Positions 27,557 to 38,357 of a DNA stretch of 64,000 nt are shown piece after piece. The translations under genes were made by a program, and so were the position numbers. Source of the DNA: a virus; the IMG/VR virus record IMGVR_UViG_3300045789_000711, positions 16,933-80,932 of that record. The stretch is one strand, 5' to 3'. The notes beneath the pieces are model-generated. The model was not told the origin of the DNA, ran no database searches, and was given only the letters and a program-made list of their open reading frames with translations. Numbering within the stretch: the stretch's first letter is position 1; the number at the start of each line of letters is the position of its first letter.

Positions 27557-27882
27557 CGGATTCTGCTGTGACATCCCGCCTATCGGATGAAAAGATTGAA
27601 GATGTGATCATTCGTTCATACCTGTATCGAGACATCCTTAAGTCCATTCGTGAAAACTCGGTAACAACGACTGCTTATGAGCTTAAGCACGATGAAAAGT
27701 ACCGTCCTGACTTGGTTGCGTTCCGCGTCTATGGCAATACGGCCGCTCGCTGGTTGGTTAAGTTGCTATGCGATACCGAAGACGAAGAACGTGCGCTACC
27801 CGTCGGTACCACAATCCGGTTCCCTGACATTGCCTACGTTCGTGAGCGCATTCGCCACTTTGAAAATGGCGGTGGTATCTAA
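27553..27882 (+). CDS. baseplate wedge protein with LysM-like motif (P1 gp26-like)
   Basis: YRPDLVAFRVYG...W motif; synteny. Confidence 0.75.
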   Translation: MTDSAVTSRLSDEKIEDVIIRSYLYRDILKSIRENSVTTTAYELKHDEKYRPDLVAFRVYGNTAARWLVKLLCDTEDEERALPVGTTIRFPDIAYVRERIRHFENGGGI

Positions 27883-29099
27883 TGCCAGTCAGAAAAGCCA
27901 AGAAAAACGAGCAGGGGATATATGACACAAAAGGGCTTAATGAAGCTCAATTCATCATGGCCTTTAATCGGATCAAGGTTGAGCAGAATGAAAAGCGTCG
28001 AGAGGGTAAACGAACGCTTAAGCCTAGAGCATTAACAAGGCGAACAACACAAGACATAGCCCGTCTTGGTAATAAGGCCGATGGCACCCCCTTTACCGTT
28101 GACGACCTTAAACGCTTTGAAAAGATGTCTAAACGCTTTTCTAAGCGTCGTGGTACCTCGCAAGGCATTACTTACCTAGAGGTTATTTCTCGTGGCCGTG
28201 CTATCGACGTTAAGCGCGCAAACAATAACGTCTCTGATGGCTCGGGGATTTCAAAAGCTTCATTGATTGCGCTTAGGGGCGGCAATGTGGCCCATGTACG
28301 CGTTAAAGCATCGTCTAAGTCTAAACACCAAGAACACATGGTAAGAGTGCGCTTTGAAGAGTGGGACGACTCTATGCGCAATGCTGGTGGCCATGGCAAA
28401 GATAATGACGATGGCTTTATGGCGGCGGTTAAGGCTTCGTGTCGTGGCCGTATGTCCTTTGATTGTGATTGCGGCCGTTACCAGTATTGGTATCGATACT
28501 TGGCCACGCTTGGCAATTACCAGTTATCACCCCCTAAAGAGTTCGCTTACACCAAGATACGTAACCCTAATTTGGTCGGTGTTGCCTGTAAGCACGTCAC
28601 CAAAGCGCTAACCATGCTGCAAAGTCCGACTTGGCATAAACCCTTGTCGCTACAAATGCGCTTACAAGCGACACGTAACGGCTATGGCGATGATTACCGC
28701 AAGAACACCTATTTCAGCAAAGAAGAGCAAAAGGCCGCGAATAAAAACCGCAAGCTGACCGTCAATCAAGACAAAGCCCGTGAAGACTATAAGCGCTATA
28801 TCTCACGACTTGGTGCTATTCAGCGAAAGCTAAAAGAAAACCCAGAGGCTAACAAGGCGATCCGTGAGCAGCTTAAACAGGTCAAGTCTGACCGTTCCAA
28901 ATTGGCTAAAGAAAACACCCAGCTCAAGAAGCGTAACGCCCAGTTAGAGCAGATGGCCCGTGACGCTATGCGAGTAAAGCTGAGTTCATTTATTGATGGT
29001 GCCAAGGTGGCAGGCTTAAGCGAGAGCAAGGCCGTTGACGCCTTTGCCAAGGCTAACAAGCTTACCCCCGAAGCGATTAAAAATCTAAGAGGTAAGTAA
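27882..29099 (+). CDS. P1 gp25-like protein with SWIM-type zinc motif
   Basis: FDCDCGRYQYWYRY...ACKH; size and synteny. Confidence 0.7.
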   Translation: MPVRKAKKNEQGIYDTKGLNEAQFIMAFNRIKVEQNEKRREGKRTLKPRALTRRTTQDIARLGNKADGTPFTVDDLKRFEKMSKRFSKRRGTSQGITYLEVISRGRAIDVKRANNNVSDGSGISKASLIALRGGNVAHVRVKASSKSKHQEHMVRVRFEEWDDSMRNAGGHGKDNDDGFMAAVKASCRGRMSFDCDCGRYQYWYRYLATLGNYQLSPPKEFAYTKIRNPNLVGVACKHVTKALTMLQSPTWHKPLSLQMRLQATRNGYGDDYRKNTYFSKEEQKAANKNRKLTVNQDKAREDYKRYISRLGAIQRKLKENPEANKAIREQLKQVKSDRSKLAKENTQLKKRNAQLEQMARDAMRVKLSSFIDGAKVAGLSESKAVDAFAKANKLTPEAIKNLRGK

Positions 29100-29731
29100 T
29101 GCCAGAGTTAACGCCAATGAAGCCTAAAGGGGCTGGCCATGATGCGTATACAAACAGAGTGCGCCAAGACTGGGCCGCAGTGATTAAAGCTCATCCTGAG
29201 CGCTTTGATGCGCTATTACACAAGACCATAACGCATGAGGTAGCCGAAGCAGACGATCCCGCACTGTTTGGTAACGTCAACGAGCAGGTATCAGACATTG
29301 CTTATCAGGATCCCGTGTTGGTGTCGGCTGTTGAATCAAGCGGTGATGATGATGCCTTTATCAGTTCCTTTGATGGTGATGAGTCCATGGGGTACGGGGA
29401 AACGGCCATGATGATTATGCGCCTATCTGAATTTGATGTGCCGGAGGGGTCTATTGTCGAGTTTTTAGTGTCGCTATCTGATGGTGAGGTGCAACGCCAG
29501 TATTGGTATGTGCATCACTCGACCTCGCTTGGAAGTCCCGCCATTGGTTCAATTCACTATTGCATCCCGTGTGGTGATATCGAGCAGATAACGCTACCGG
29601 ATATCAGCGAACCCGCACCGATTACCGAACCGATTACCGAACCTATTACCGAACCGGAACCCGCACCGATTACCGAACCGGAACCCGAGGCCACCAGCAC
29701 AGAGCCAAACGGCGCGCTATTTTCAGTTTAG
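29099..29731 (+). CDS. P1 gp7-like neck/tail protein with PITE repeat tail
   Basis: Synteny 26-25-7-24-6-5. Confidence 0.6.
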   Translation: MPELTPMKPKGAGHDAYTNRVRQDWAAVIKAHPERFDALLHKTITHEVAEADDPALFGNVNEQVSDIAYQDPVLVSAVESSGDDDAFISSFDGDESMGYGETAMMIMRLSEFDVPEGSIVEFLVSLSDGEVQRQYWYVHHSTSLGSPAIGSIHYCIPCGDIEQITLPDISEPAPITEPITEPITEPEPAPITEPEPEATSTEPNGALFSV

Positions 29732-29739
29732 AGGTTGTG

Positions 29740-30519
29740 ATGAGTACAGAATTAGAGATCCCCATTGTTGATATAGTTGTTAATACTGAGTCCGGTGAGC
29801 GTTACATATCCGATATTGGGGATATTGACGTTGGCTTTGGTAACTTTTTGTATCGGTTGCTCGACGGGCTTCGAGATATGAAGCCTGTGAAGTCGGCACC
29901 GTTTTATCAGTACACCCAGCGAGAGGGTAAGAAAAAGCTTTATGTGGCCACTGAAACAGATCCTAAGCGATTCGTTCGCATTGTTCGCAATCGCTTCTTT
30001 CCTAAGACGGATAGCAAGCAGATCCAAAGTGATCGCTCAACCTTGCCATTGGTTTACTTTCATCGCGTTCTGGGCTTCGACCAGTCAGTGACAGGTGAAG
30101 AAATCATAGAGAAAGACGTCGGGGCCATTTACGCAGAAGACGGCACTAAGGCCGCTATTGTTGATTCATTGCCTGCAACGCTCAATTACATGGTTTATGT
30201 GCTTGCTTGGGATATGCCAACACTAGACAAGCTGGTGGCGGGGCTAACCTCTTCACTGGTCACAAGTAGTCGTGAGTTTCATTATCCAACGGATGTTATG
30301 GGCCATAGTGATGATGTTCAGGCCGCTATAACACCCGCTAATTCACTGTCATGGACGGACTTAAGCCCAGCCAATACAGAAGACCGTTTATTGGTTTATC
30401 AGGGGATGGTTGAAGTTAAGGCTCGTTACTTTCAAGCCAGATGCATTACCCAGTCAACGCTACGTTTCAAGCTTACGAGTCCAGTACCTATGTATGGAGT
30501 GAATAATCATGGCTTCTGA
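29740..30519 (+). CDS. P1 gp24-like tail terminator/stability protein
   Basis: Synteny and size; LPLVYFHR motif. Confidence 0.6.
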   Translation: MSTELEIPIVDIVVNTESGERYISDIGDIDVGFGNFLYRLLDGLRDMKPVKSAPFYQYTQREGKKKLYVATETDPKRFVRIVRNRFFPKTDSKQIQSDRSTLPLVYFHRVLGFDQSVTGEEIIEKDVGAIYAEDGTKAAIVDSLPATLNYMVYVLAWDMPTLDKLVAGLTSSLVTSSREFHYPTDVMGHSDDVQAAITPANSLSWTDLSPANTEDRLLVYQGMVEVKARYFQARCITQSTLRFKLTSPVPMYGVNNHGF

Positions 30520-31492
30520 TGTCTTTTTGCAAAAGCTCATCATTGATGGTGAGGACGTGGGCGCTCATTCCGTGCTGAGTATCACTTACATTGAACGGCT
30601 TAATTTAACTTGCCCTAAGTTGATGCTGAAAATCGTTGATCGTCAAAAGGTATTCCAAGATAACGCCAAGCTACAAGACGGCGCGCGTTTGGAGCTGGTG
30701 CTTGGTGATGCTACCGGACGAGGTGAAGAGCTATTCAAAGAGGCGTTTATTATTGGCGCTAACTGGGAAGTTGAGAATGACGCGCTAATGGTTGAGGCCA
30801 TGCAAGAGGACATCTACCGGATTAAACAGCCTGTAGCTGTCCCTATGTTCTTTGTGAATAAGACGGTTAAGCAGATCTTAGGTGCCATATTCCCAAACCA
30901 TGACATTGTGATGAGCGGCTATGAGTTTAAGTACACGTACCACGTACTGACTGGGGCCACTATTTCAATGATGCTAGAACGCCTTAAATGGGATGCTGGG
31001 GCTGAAATCTATTTAATGCGTGGCAAGGTCTACTTTACGTTGCTTAAGTCGTTCAGCGACAAGGCAGATTCGTTTCAGTTCGATTATCAGCGCAACTCTT
31101 CGAGTAACCCGACCATTATTGAGTACAAACGCAATAACCCGCGTGGTGCAGTGCTTAGGCGTGAGGCTCGGGATTATATGTGTTGGGACAGAACGCGGGG
31201 CATGATCAAGTTGGTCACGGGCAAGCCTCGGGAGTTCTTACCGTTCACTCATGAGTCTCATATCAAAAACCATAACCTGAGTATTATCCCCATGATGGAA
31301 TGCACCTTAGCGGGTGACGGCCGTTTCACGCCTGCCATGATGATTAAATTTGAGTTAAACAGAGCGCTAAAAGATTCAATCATTGATGAGTCGGTACCGT
31401 CACGCCAGCTTATGAGTGGCGTTCGTCACTTCCAAGAGGGCATGAAATACGTGTGTGCGTGTGAATTTAGTGAGGTTGTAGATGCAAACTAA
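30509..31492 (+). CDS. baseplate hub protein (P1 gp6-like)
   Basis: Precedes the spike gene; hub-like size and C-terminal GVRHF. Confidence 0.65.
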   Translation: MASDVFLQKLIIDGEDVGAHSVLSITYIERLNLTCPKLMLKIVDRQKVFQDNAKLQDGARLELVLGDATGRGEELFKEAFIIGANWEVENDALMVEAMQEDIYRIKQPVAVPMFFVNKTVKQILGAIFPNHDIVMSGYEFKYTYHVLTGATISMMLERLKWDAGAEIYLMRGKVYFTLLKSFSDKADSFQFDYQRNSSSNPTIIEYKRNNPRGAVLRREARDYMCWDRTRGMIKLVTGKPREFLPFTHESHIKNHNLSIIPMMECTLAGDGRFTPAMMIKFELNRALKDSIIDESVPSRQLMSGVRHFQEGMKYVCACEFSEVVDAN

Positions 31493-32255
31493 TATCAGTA
31501 ATTCTTTATTGTTCGGTGCATACCGTTGTGTTGTTGAAGATATCGCGCACCCAGACGGGTTAATGCTGGCCCGTGTTCGTATCTTAGGTGAGTGGGATAA
31601 CGTGAACTTGGTTAACTTGCCATGGGCTGAATACATGCTACCTGTTGGCGCTCGACCTAATGACGGTGAGTTTAGGCCTGCACAAAAGGGCGATTATGTC
31701 TGGTGTGAGTTTGACCGTGGCGATAGTCGTTACCCGATCATCAAAGGCTCATGTTTTTATGCGCCTAATGGTGTGCCAAATCTACCGCACGAATCATTTG
31801 CTGGTGGCCAGTCATTCACACACAAGCGCACAGCGGCCCAGCCAGTGCCGGACAGTGCCAAGTATCACCGCGATATGGTATCGACTCAGTTCAACTTTAT
31901 GATTGAACGTACCGCCACCGGAGCGCTAAGGGCTACGCATAAACCAACGGGTACCGCTATCGAGATAACCAAAGATGGCCAGATGGTGCTGCATTCAGAA
32001 AATGATTCGTTTGAGTCAACAACACATAACAAATTGCTTGAAGCTGATCTGCAGATCACCGTCATAGGTAAGAAGCAGATTTCAATCACGTCAGTAGAGG
32101 CCAATGTAAAAGTTAATGCAGCCACCGAATGCACTATTGACGCCCCAAAGATTAAGTTTAATGGCGGCAGTCCAATCGTGACCACAGCGCATATCTGTCA
32201 TTTTACAGGTACACCCCACGGTGATGGCTCAAGCACATGTACGGCAGGTAAGTAA
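31482..32255 (+). CDS. baseplate central spike (gp5/gpV-like)
   Basis: OB-fold HPDGLMLARVRI...LPWA...GDYVWCEF..GD.RYPII, beta-helix, HICHFTGTPH metal tip. Confidence 0.85.
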   Translation: MQTNISNSLLFGAYRCVVEDIAHPDGLMLARVRILGEWDNVNLVNLPWAEYMLPVGARPNDGEFRPAQKGDYVWCEFDRGDSRYPIIKGSCFYAPNGVPNLPHESFAGGQSFTHKRTAAQPVPDSAKYHRDMVSTQFNFMIERTATGALRATHKPTGTAIEITKDGQMVLHSENDSFESTTHNKLLEADLQITVIGKKQISITSVEANVKVNAATECTIDAPKIKFNGGSPIVTTAHICHFTGTPHGDGSSTCTAGK

Positions 32256-32818
32256 TGCCGTTAAGTATTGGCACGATGGAATGGCGCATCAATGACCGCC
32301 TAAAGAGCAGAGGCCTTAATCTTGATGGTGAGCATGCTCGCGTTGGTGTTTTGTCATTGGCGGTGGCCACAGGCGTTGTTAATGAGATTTTATCGACGGC
32401 TAAAGTTATTGTTCCTACGCATGCTGGTGGCACTTATCCGGTTACAGGGCTTTCTGCTAGCGGTATGAGCGCCAAGATAAAAGCCTCGCTAGTATCACAG
32501 GGATTTGTTTATGGGGGCTTTTCTCGGGCGAACGTGATCAACGAGGCCATATCAAGCGCTGTAACAAGTGAGATTTTAGGCAAATGTACCGTCACTATTC
32601 CTTATGACGGTTCGGGTCAATTCTCGATAGTTGGCATGGATATGACAGCCTTAACGCTTGCTATCGAGGCTGAACTATCATCGCACGGCTTTAACCTTGG
32701 ATCGGCAGATAGCGGCTTAATGGCTTCTTCTGTCAGTTATGGAGTGACGACAACCATGAACGTTGATGGCGTTGTTAATGGTGGCTTTGCTGGTGGCGGT
32801 GTGTTCCCAGTGCTTTAG
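32255..32818 (+). CDS. hypothetical virion-associated protein with three internal repeats
   Basis: L.S.GF...A.S.GV..EI repeated; coupled to the spike gene. Confidence 0.6.
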   Translation: MPLSIGTMEWRINDRLKSRGLNLDGEHARVGVLSLAVATGVVNEILSTAKVIVPTHAGGTYPVTGLSASGMSAKIKASLVSQGFVYGGFSRANVINEAISSAVTSEILGKCTVTIPYDGSGQFSIVGMDMTALTLAIEAELSSHGFNLGSADSGLMASSVSYGVTTTMNVDGVVNGGFAGGGVFPVL

Positions 32819-32921
32819 TCAAATCACGAACAAACTTACGAACAACCTTAAAAAGTTACGAACAAGCATTACGGATACACAAAACCCACAGGCCAACGCT
32901 TGTGGGTTTTTTATTGAGGTT

Positions 32922-33179
32922 TTATGCATGAGCCGCTTTGTATATTAGTTCCGACACTTCACAAAAGCGGTTGTCAAAGTCGCTGATAGTAGAGGCGTTA
33001 TTGGCTGCTAGCTCACATTTTATTGCTGCGGTTCTTACTGGGCCTTTGTGTTCGTATTCTGGCAGGGCTTGAAGTGCCGCCATTAATTCCCCTGCTGCCG
33101 TTCTTCTGCGCGACACTCTTTCGCTATCGTTAGCAAAAATACTGTAAGCGTTGCTGTTTCTGATTACTGAAAGGTTCAT
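32922..33179 (-). CDS. hypothetical protein
   Basis: 85 aa, AGGA SD, downstream of a small HTH gene. Confidence 0.55.
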   Translation of the reverse strand: MNLSVIRNSNAYSIFANDSERVSRRRTAAGELMAALQALPEYEHKGPVRTAAIKCELAANNASTISDFDNRFCEVSELIYKAAHA

Positions 33180-33199
33180 ATTTAGTTTTCCTATTAGGT

Positions 33200-33370
33200 T
33201 TATTTTTTATCGGGCATTCCGTTGATGGCGTCTATGTCACGCTGTTTCCCTGCACTGGCTACCCGAGACATTTGTCGCTCTGAGATCCCCCAGCGTTTCG
33301 CTATATCTTCAAACTTCCAGCCTTTGCCATTGGCTATTTCTTGGATCTTGGTAATTCTCTTTCCCGTCAT
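33200..33370 (-). CDS. Cro-like HTH protein (56 aa, absent from the ORF track)
   Basis: MTGKRITKIQEIANGKGWKFEDIAKRWGISERQMSRVASAGKQRDIDAINGMPDKK; AAGGT SD. Confidence 0.7.
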   Translation of the reverse strand: MTGKRITKIQEIANGKGWKFEDIAKRWGISERQMSRVASAGKQRDIDAINGMPDKK

Positions 33371-33803
33371 TTATGGCTACCTTATCACATTCGCTTTACC
33401 CGTCAAATATGTCTAGTATATATTTTATTGCTGATATTGAAAGTTGAATATTAATAATTCTCTAGCGGATACTAAAACGGTTACGTTACGTGTTACGAAT
33501 ACAGTTACGCAAAACCCACAAACCCATGCTTGTGGTTTTTTTTTGCCTCGCAGAAAGTCCACCAGCGTTAGCGCCTAACACTTCATTAAAAACGACAATC
33601 GTTAGCGCGTTAAAAATCAAATAAGTATCAGATAAAAAAGAATTTTTCTTAATTCCCCGTTTTTTTGATTTAGCCCTATTGCCGCTCATAGACTCGCGCA
33701 TGTTAGGGGGCTGTCCCCTGAAAAAATCGTTAGGGGATAGCCGCGACAAAAGCGCGCGCCATTCACAACAAACCTAACCAAACTTGAATCAAGGAAAAAA
33801 AAG

Positions 33804-35492
33804 ATGTCAGAAAAATATTTCGCTCGTAAATCCCAGATTGACCAAGTATCGGGCTTGGTTACTGCGGCGCTTGTTAATTCTCAAATCGACGGCAAAGGCT
33901 TTATTGCTAATGCTAATGATCGTGTTGAAGCGATTACTGATGCAGCAATGGCTAGCCCACTATTCGAGGGTATCGCTGATAACCGCGAAGCTGTGACTTT
34001 CATTGCTTCTGCTTGGGGTTCGTCTTTACAAGATTTCTGTAATACCTACGGTCACATGCCACGCGCTGATCTATTAGCGTCTACTGGTGAGTCGTTAATG
34101 GCATTAACCAACGCACCGGAAGGTGTAAGCAAGTCAATGTTTGAAAGTGTTGGCGGTAAAGCTAACTTTTCAACTTCTGAGGGTATCGACATTCGCGCTA
34201 AGACTGCAGCGTTAATCATGCCTGTTGCTTTAGCTGCTACTACTAACGATGCTGCGACATTCGTTCAAGGTGGCCGTGATGAAGTTGAATGTTTTGAATT
34301 GTTCCGTGTAAGTAACACCTCTTTCGGTGACATCGCTAAAGGCGAAGTATTAGACGAGTTTTTCTATCAGCAATTCAGTGGTATGAAACAGTCTTATGCT
34401 TTACCAACTAAGCCTGATGCAACTAAAGAGCGTTACGTTGTTTACATCTACAACGAAGCCGCGCCTGCAGAAGACACTACCGCGTTAATCAGTGTATTGG
34501 CTAACCAAAACCCAAAGGGTTGCTCATTCGTTCCTAAATCGCTTGTTTTACGCGTTAACGGTAAGGCTGTTGCTTCTTCATTAGATAATGGCGATTTGTT
34601 CGGTCAGTTCGATTTAGGTGCTGAGTCTTATAGCGTTATGCCTGATAAGGCTACACATGATGCAACTAAGGGCCGTATTGGTTTCAAAGTAAGCCCAGCG
34701 TTACCTGCTAATGCATCAATGATCATCCAGTATGACGTGGACGTTGAGACTGGTAATGCTAATGGTGCATTCCCTGAAATTAACCACACAATGGGTTCAT
34801 TCAAGCTTAAACCGCACCAATCAATCCTATCTGCACAGCACACTATCCAGTCTTACTGGGGCATGAGCCGTGAATACGGTTTAGATCTTCGTTCTATGCA
34901 AACTGCCACTATGCGTAACGTGATGGCTTACGAGAAAGACATTCGTAACCTACGCGATATGATCGTTGCTTCTTCTGCTAACCCAACGTTGACTATCCCG
35001 TTAAAAGTGGCTGATGGCGCTTACTTCAAAGAGAAGTACGAAGAGCTACACGAACACCTATTACAGCTTTCAAACATTATGATGGTGTTAACCAAAGTGT
35101 CAGGCCTAGTCGGTCTTTACGCTGGTATTAACGCGTCTACCGTGTTCAAAGCATTAGGCGCGCCGTTCTTCGTACCTGCACCTAACTACCGTCAAGTTCC
35201 ACGCGTTCACTTCTGCGGCATGTTATTTGGCAAGTGGAAAGTGTTTGAATGTCCGGTTGATCTTGACTATGCAGGCCAAAAGCTTGGCGCTAACGATGCT
35301 ATCGGTTATGCGCGCGGCGATGACTTTGCTCAAGCTGGCTTAATCGTTGGTGATGCTGTTTCTCCGACTATGTACAAGCACAGCACTGACTCACGCATGT
35401 TTAACCGTGACACGTTATGGGAATTGTCATACGGCGATATCTCACCTCGCGGCGGTGAAAACTTCTTCCACAAGATCACTATCACCAAGTAA
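33804..35492 (+). CDS. major capsid protein (P1 gp23-like)
   Basis: 562 aa, strongly biased codon use, MFES processing motif, precedes the sheath gene as in P1. Confidence 0.85.
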   Translation: MSEKYFARKSQIDQVSGLVTAALVNSQIDGKGFIANANDRVEAITDAAMASPLFEGIADNREAVTFIASAWGSSLQDFCNTYGHMPRADLLASTGESLMALTNAPEGVSKSMFESVGGKANFSTSEGIDIRAKTAALIMPVALAATTNDAATFVQGGRDEVECFELFRVSNTSFGDIAKGEVLDEFFYQQFSGMKQSYALPTKPDATKERYVVYIYNEAAPAEDTTALISVLANQNPKGCSFVPKSLVLRVNGKAVASSLDNGDLFGQFDLGAESYSVMPDKATHDATKGRIGFKVSPALPANASMIIQYDVDVETGNANGAFPEINHTMGSFKLKPHQSILSAQHTIQSYWGMSREYGLDLRSMQTATMRNVMAYEKDIRNLRDMIVASSANPTLTIPLKVADGAYFKEKYEELHEHLLQLSNIMMVLTKVSGLVGLYAGINASTVFKALGAPFFVPAPNYRQVPRVHFCGMLFGKWKVFECPVDLDYAGQKLGANDAIGYARGDDFAQAGLIVGDAVSPTMYKHSTDSRMFNRDTLWELSYGDISPRGGENFFHKITITK

Positions 35493-35539
35493 TCACTCAC
35501 GCGCTAGTCCACACGGGCTAGCGCCTTTTTGGAGGTCTT

Positions 35540-36037
35540 ATGACTGATAAAAAAATCAAAATCAAAGTAGTTAATAGCTCGGGTTCAGAAGCCTTTAAAG
35601 CTGCTGGTATCGAGATCCCTCGAAGCTTTAACGATGTGTTAGAGCTGCCTTTTTACAAAGCTAACGAGCTGGTGGCCGCGTTATCAGGTATTGCTGCAGT
35701 AGAGACTTCGTTCGTTACTGATAGCTTGCAAAACGATGTGCAACAAAGCGTTGTAGATGTCGCTTTACAAGATTTGGAAGTCGAAGTAGCAACGTTAAAC
35801 CTTGCTATTGATGCAGAGCGTCAAATCAATGTTGAGCTAACAGCCAAGCTGGCAGAGCAGCAATTGTTAACCGACGGTCTAAAGGCCCAGATCGCAACAC
35901 TAGAAGCGGTCAAGCCAGTAGAAGAAGAAACAACTAAGACTGCAGAAGTAGAAGCGGTTAAACCTGCAGAAGTAGAAGCGGTTAAACCTGCAGAAGTTAC
36001 AGCGGCTAAAGCTTCAACTAAAAAGGACGTTAAATAA
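35540..36037 (+). CDS. hypothetical coiled-coil protein with AEVEAVKP repeats
   Basis: GGAGG SD; 24-bp repeats near 35900-36000. Confidence 0.7.
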   Translation: MTDKKIKIKVVNSSGSEAFKAAGIEIPRSFNDVLELPFYKANELVAALSGIAAVETSFVTDSLQNDVQQSVVDVALQDLEVEVATLNLAIDAERQINVELTAKLAEQQLLTDGLKAQIATLEAVKPVEEETTKTAEVEAVKPAEVEAVKPAEVTAAKASTKKDVK

Positions 36038-37605
36038 TGAATATTCCAACGGGCTTAGGTCAAGCTGCTGGCGTTAGTGCTTCACCAGTCAATGCAAGCG
36101 CTACGGTTGCTGCTGGTGGTTCTGGTGGTCTATCTGTGTTTGCAGGTATGGTCATTGCCGATAAAGGCGAACCGTTCAAGTTACTACGCGTAACTAAAAC
36201 CAACTGGCAATCAGTCTTAGGCCGTCCATTACGTCCAAGCGAGGGCGCTCATGCAGGCTCTTTACGTTGCGTCGAAGAAGCGTTAAATGGTGGCGACGGT
36301 TACGTTGTTCGTGTTGTGCCTAAGTCAGCTAAATACCCAGTTATTACCGTTCGCGCGGTAGACGGTGAAAGCGGCAAGAACACCACTACATCGACGGCCC
36401 TATCATTTGGTACTGCACCTATTCTAGCGGTTGATGACCTATTGGCCATTTACCCTAACGATGGTTCAGCGTCTTTACGCTCAATCTCATTAGTGGCTGT
36501 TGTAGGTAAAGCTGGCACGTTTACACTGTCAATTTTCGGCACTGATAGCGTGGGTACTGAATACTTAGAAAAGAGCTACCAAGTGTCATTCAGTCGTTCT
36601 GCGGTTGATGATGATGGTAAGCCACTATTCATCACCGACGTTCTATCTCGCGTTAGCGCAACCGTTACTTGTATTACTACTGCTGATTTAGCACTAAGTT
36701 CAAGTATTGCAGGCGTTGATAAAACACCATTCGTGGGTGCCACCAGCGGTGTAGCAACTGAGATTGATGCGTCAGACTGGGCTAAGGGTATTGCTGTATT
36801 AAGTAACGCCATGGTTGGTTTTACTGCGGTTGTTGGTCTTGGTATCACTGATGCGGCCGTTATCGAGCAACTTGCAGGCGTCGCGGCGGCTCGCCGTATC
36901 GATGCGTTTGCTGATGTTGCAGCGAATAACTATGCGGGTGCCGTGACTGCGGTTAAAGCGATGTCGCTTAACTATGACAACTTATGTCTTTACTTTTTCC
37001 CGTACAAGTCAAAAGACGCTCATTACAGCGTCCATGCTCATTGGGGCATTTCAGGTATTGCGTTTGCTGCTAAAGCGGCTGGCGTGGCTAAAGTCGATGG
37101 CGCTACTGGTGGTTGGCATTATTCGCCTGCAGGCGTTGAGCGCGGCATTATCGGCCGTAAAGAGCCTTTACCGTTTGATGGCTTGGATGCCCCAGACGAA
37201 GAGCTAATGTACAAGGCTCGTTTAAATAAACTGGGCTTGTCTGCTGGTGGCTTGTTGATGATCGATGACGCTATCACTACCCGTCAAAAAGAAGATTACC
37301 TACGCTTCCAACACGTCTCTTCTGTAATGGGCGCTATCACTCGTGACTTCTATTCGCTTTCTAAGAATATGCAGCATGAGCCTGATGGTGTAACAGAGCG
37401 TGGCCTATTCACAGGCATGGCAAGTATTCTTGATGGCTATGTTGCTTCTGGTGCGCTTGTCGTGCCTCGTGATCCTGATGATGGCGATCAGCCTTACGTT
37501 GTAACAGTAACCCAAACAGAGTTCGACTTATGGACTGTGACTTGGGCGTGTTGCATTACTGGTACTAGTCGCCGTATTCAGGGTATCCCTGCAATTATTG
37601 GCTAA
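36037..37605 (+). CDS. contractile tail sheath protein (P1 gp22-like)
   Basis: WHYSPAG..RG, LYKARLN-like segment, YLRFQHV, HEPDG motifs. Confidence 0.88.
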   Translation: MNIPTGLGQAAGVSASPVNASATVAAGGSGGLSVFAGMVIADKGEPFKLLRVTKTNWQSVLGRPLRPSEGAHAGSLRCVEEALNGGDGYVVRVVPKSAKYPVITVRAVDGESGKNTTTSTALSFGTAPILAVDDLLAIYPNDGSASLRSISLVAVVGKAGTFTLSIFGTDSVGTEYLEKSYQVSFSRSAVDDDGKPLFITDVLSRVSATVTCITTADLALSSSIAGVDKTPFVGATSGVATEIDASDWAKGIAVLSNAMVGFTAVVGLGITDAAVIEQLAGVAAARRIDAFADVAANNYAGAVTAVKAMSLNYDNLCLYFFPYKSKDAHYSVHAHWGISGIAFAAKAAGVAKVDGATGGWHYSPAGVERGIIGRKEPLPFDGLDAPDEELMYKARLNKLGLSAGGLLMIDDAITTRQKEDYLRFQHVSSVMGAITRDFYSLSKNMQHEPDGVTERGLFTGMASILDGYVASGALVVPRDPDDGDQPYVVTVTQTEFDLWTVTWACCITGTSRRIQGIPAIIG

Positions 37606-37652
37606 TCGCTGGCCCCAGATTATGTCTGGGGCCACTTTCAAGTGGGTGAATT

Positions 37653-38339
37653 ATGAACTTTGAAGAGTTAGCAAAATCAGGCATGGACACGATGGCCATG
37701 TATGAAGCGGTAGGGAAAGTCGGCGCGCCAAAAGTGGCACCGAAGCCTGAACCCGTTATCCCAGCGGTAGACCAAGAGCTAGCAATGTATGAGGCAATCG
37801 AGCAGAACGCCCTTACTAACACTCGCGCCTTGGGTATGTCTGCAGTTATCGCATGGGCCACCTATGGCGAGCCAACGGCTGAGGATTTCGACGCTACCGC
37901 TCAAGGTATGTCTGATATCGACGAAGACGGCGAAGTGTCAGAGTTTGAAGAAGAGCAGTACAACGAAGTGCTTTTCTCTATGGCTCAAGCATTAATGTCT
38001 ATGAACGTGAGTTCTGATGATGTTGCAGCGTTGCTAGATGGCGATGATCGTGCGGCTTCTGTTGCTTATGTTGCGATTGCTGAAAAGGTTGAAAACAGCG
38101 ACTTGTCGGAAGATGAGATTGTGGCTGAGTTTTCGGTTCAAGAAACAGTCATGACCGAAGCAAAAGTAAAGGTGATCCGTGACGGTCAGACTAAGTGGGT
38201 TAAAAAGCCACTTAAGAAGCGTCGCATGAGTGCAGCACAACGCGCAGCACTTAAGAAAGCCCGTATGAGATCAAACACTGCTGGTGCCAGAGCGAAGCGC
38301 AAGAAGTCTATGCGTAAGCGTCAAAGCGCTGGTTTATAA
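37653..38339 (+). CDS. P1 gp21-like protein (acidic core, basic C-terminus)
   Basis: Synteny; MYEA motifs; KKRRMSAAQRAALKKAR tail. Confidence 0.7.
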   Translation: MNFEELAKSGMDTMAMYEAVGKVGAPKVAPKPEPVIPAVDQELAMYEAIEQNALTNTRALGMSAVIAWATYGEPTAEDFDATAQGMSDIDEDGEVSEFEEEQYNEVLFSMAQALMSMNVSSDDVAALLDGDDRAASVAYVAIAEKVENSDLSEDEIVAEFSVQETVMTEAKVKVIRDGQTKWVKKPLKKRRMSAAQRAALKKARMRSNTAGARAKRKKSMRKRQSAGL

Positions 38340-38357
38340 CAAGGGGTAGCTAATACC

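Noticed and set aside
33222-33416. 64-aa plus-strand ORF
   Set aside because: Antisense shadow of the minus-strand Cro-like gene, which has an SD and an HTH pattern
35900-36000. AEVEAVKP 24-bp repeats as a DNA-binding array
   Set aside because: No resemblance to the other motifs; most simply a low-complexity protein tail
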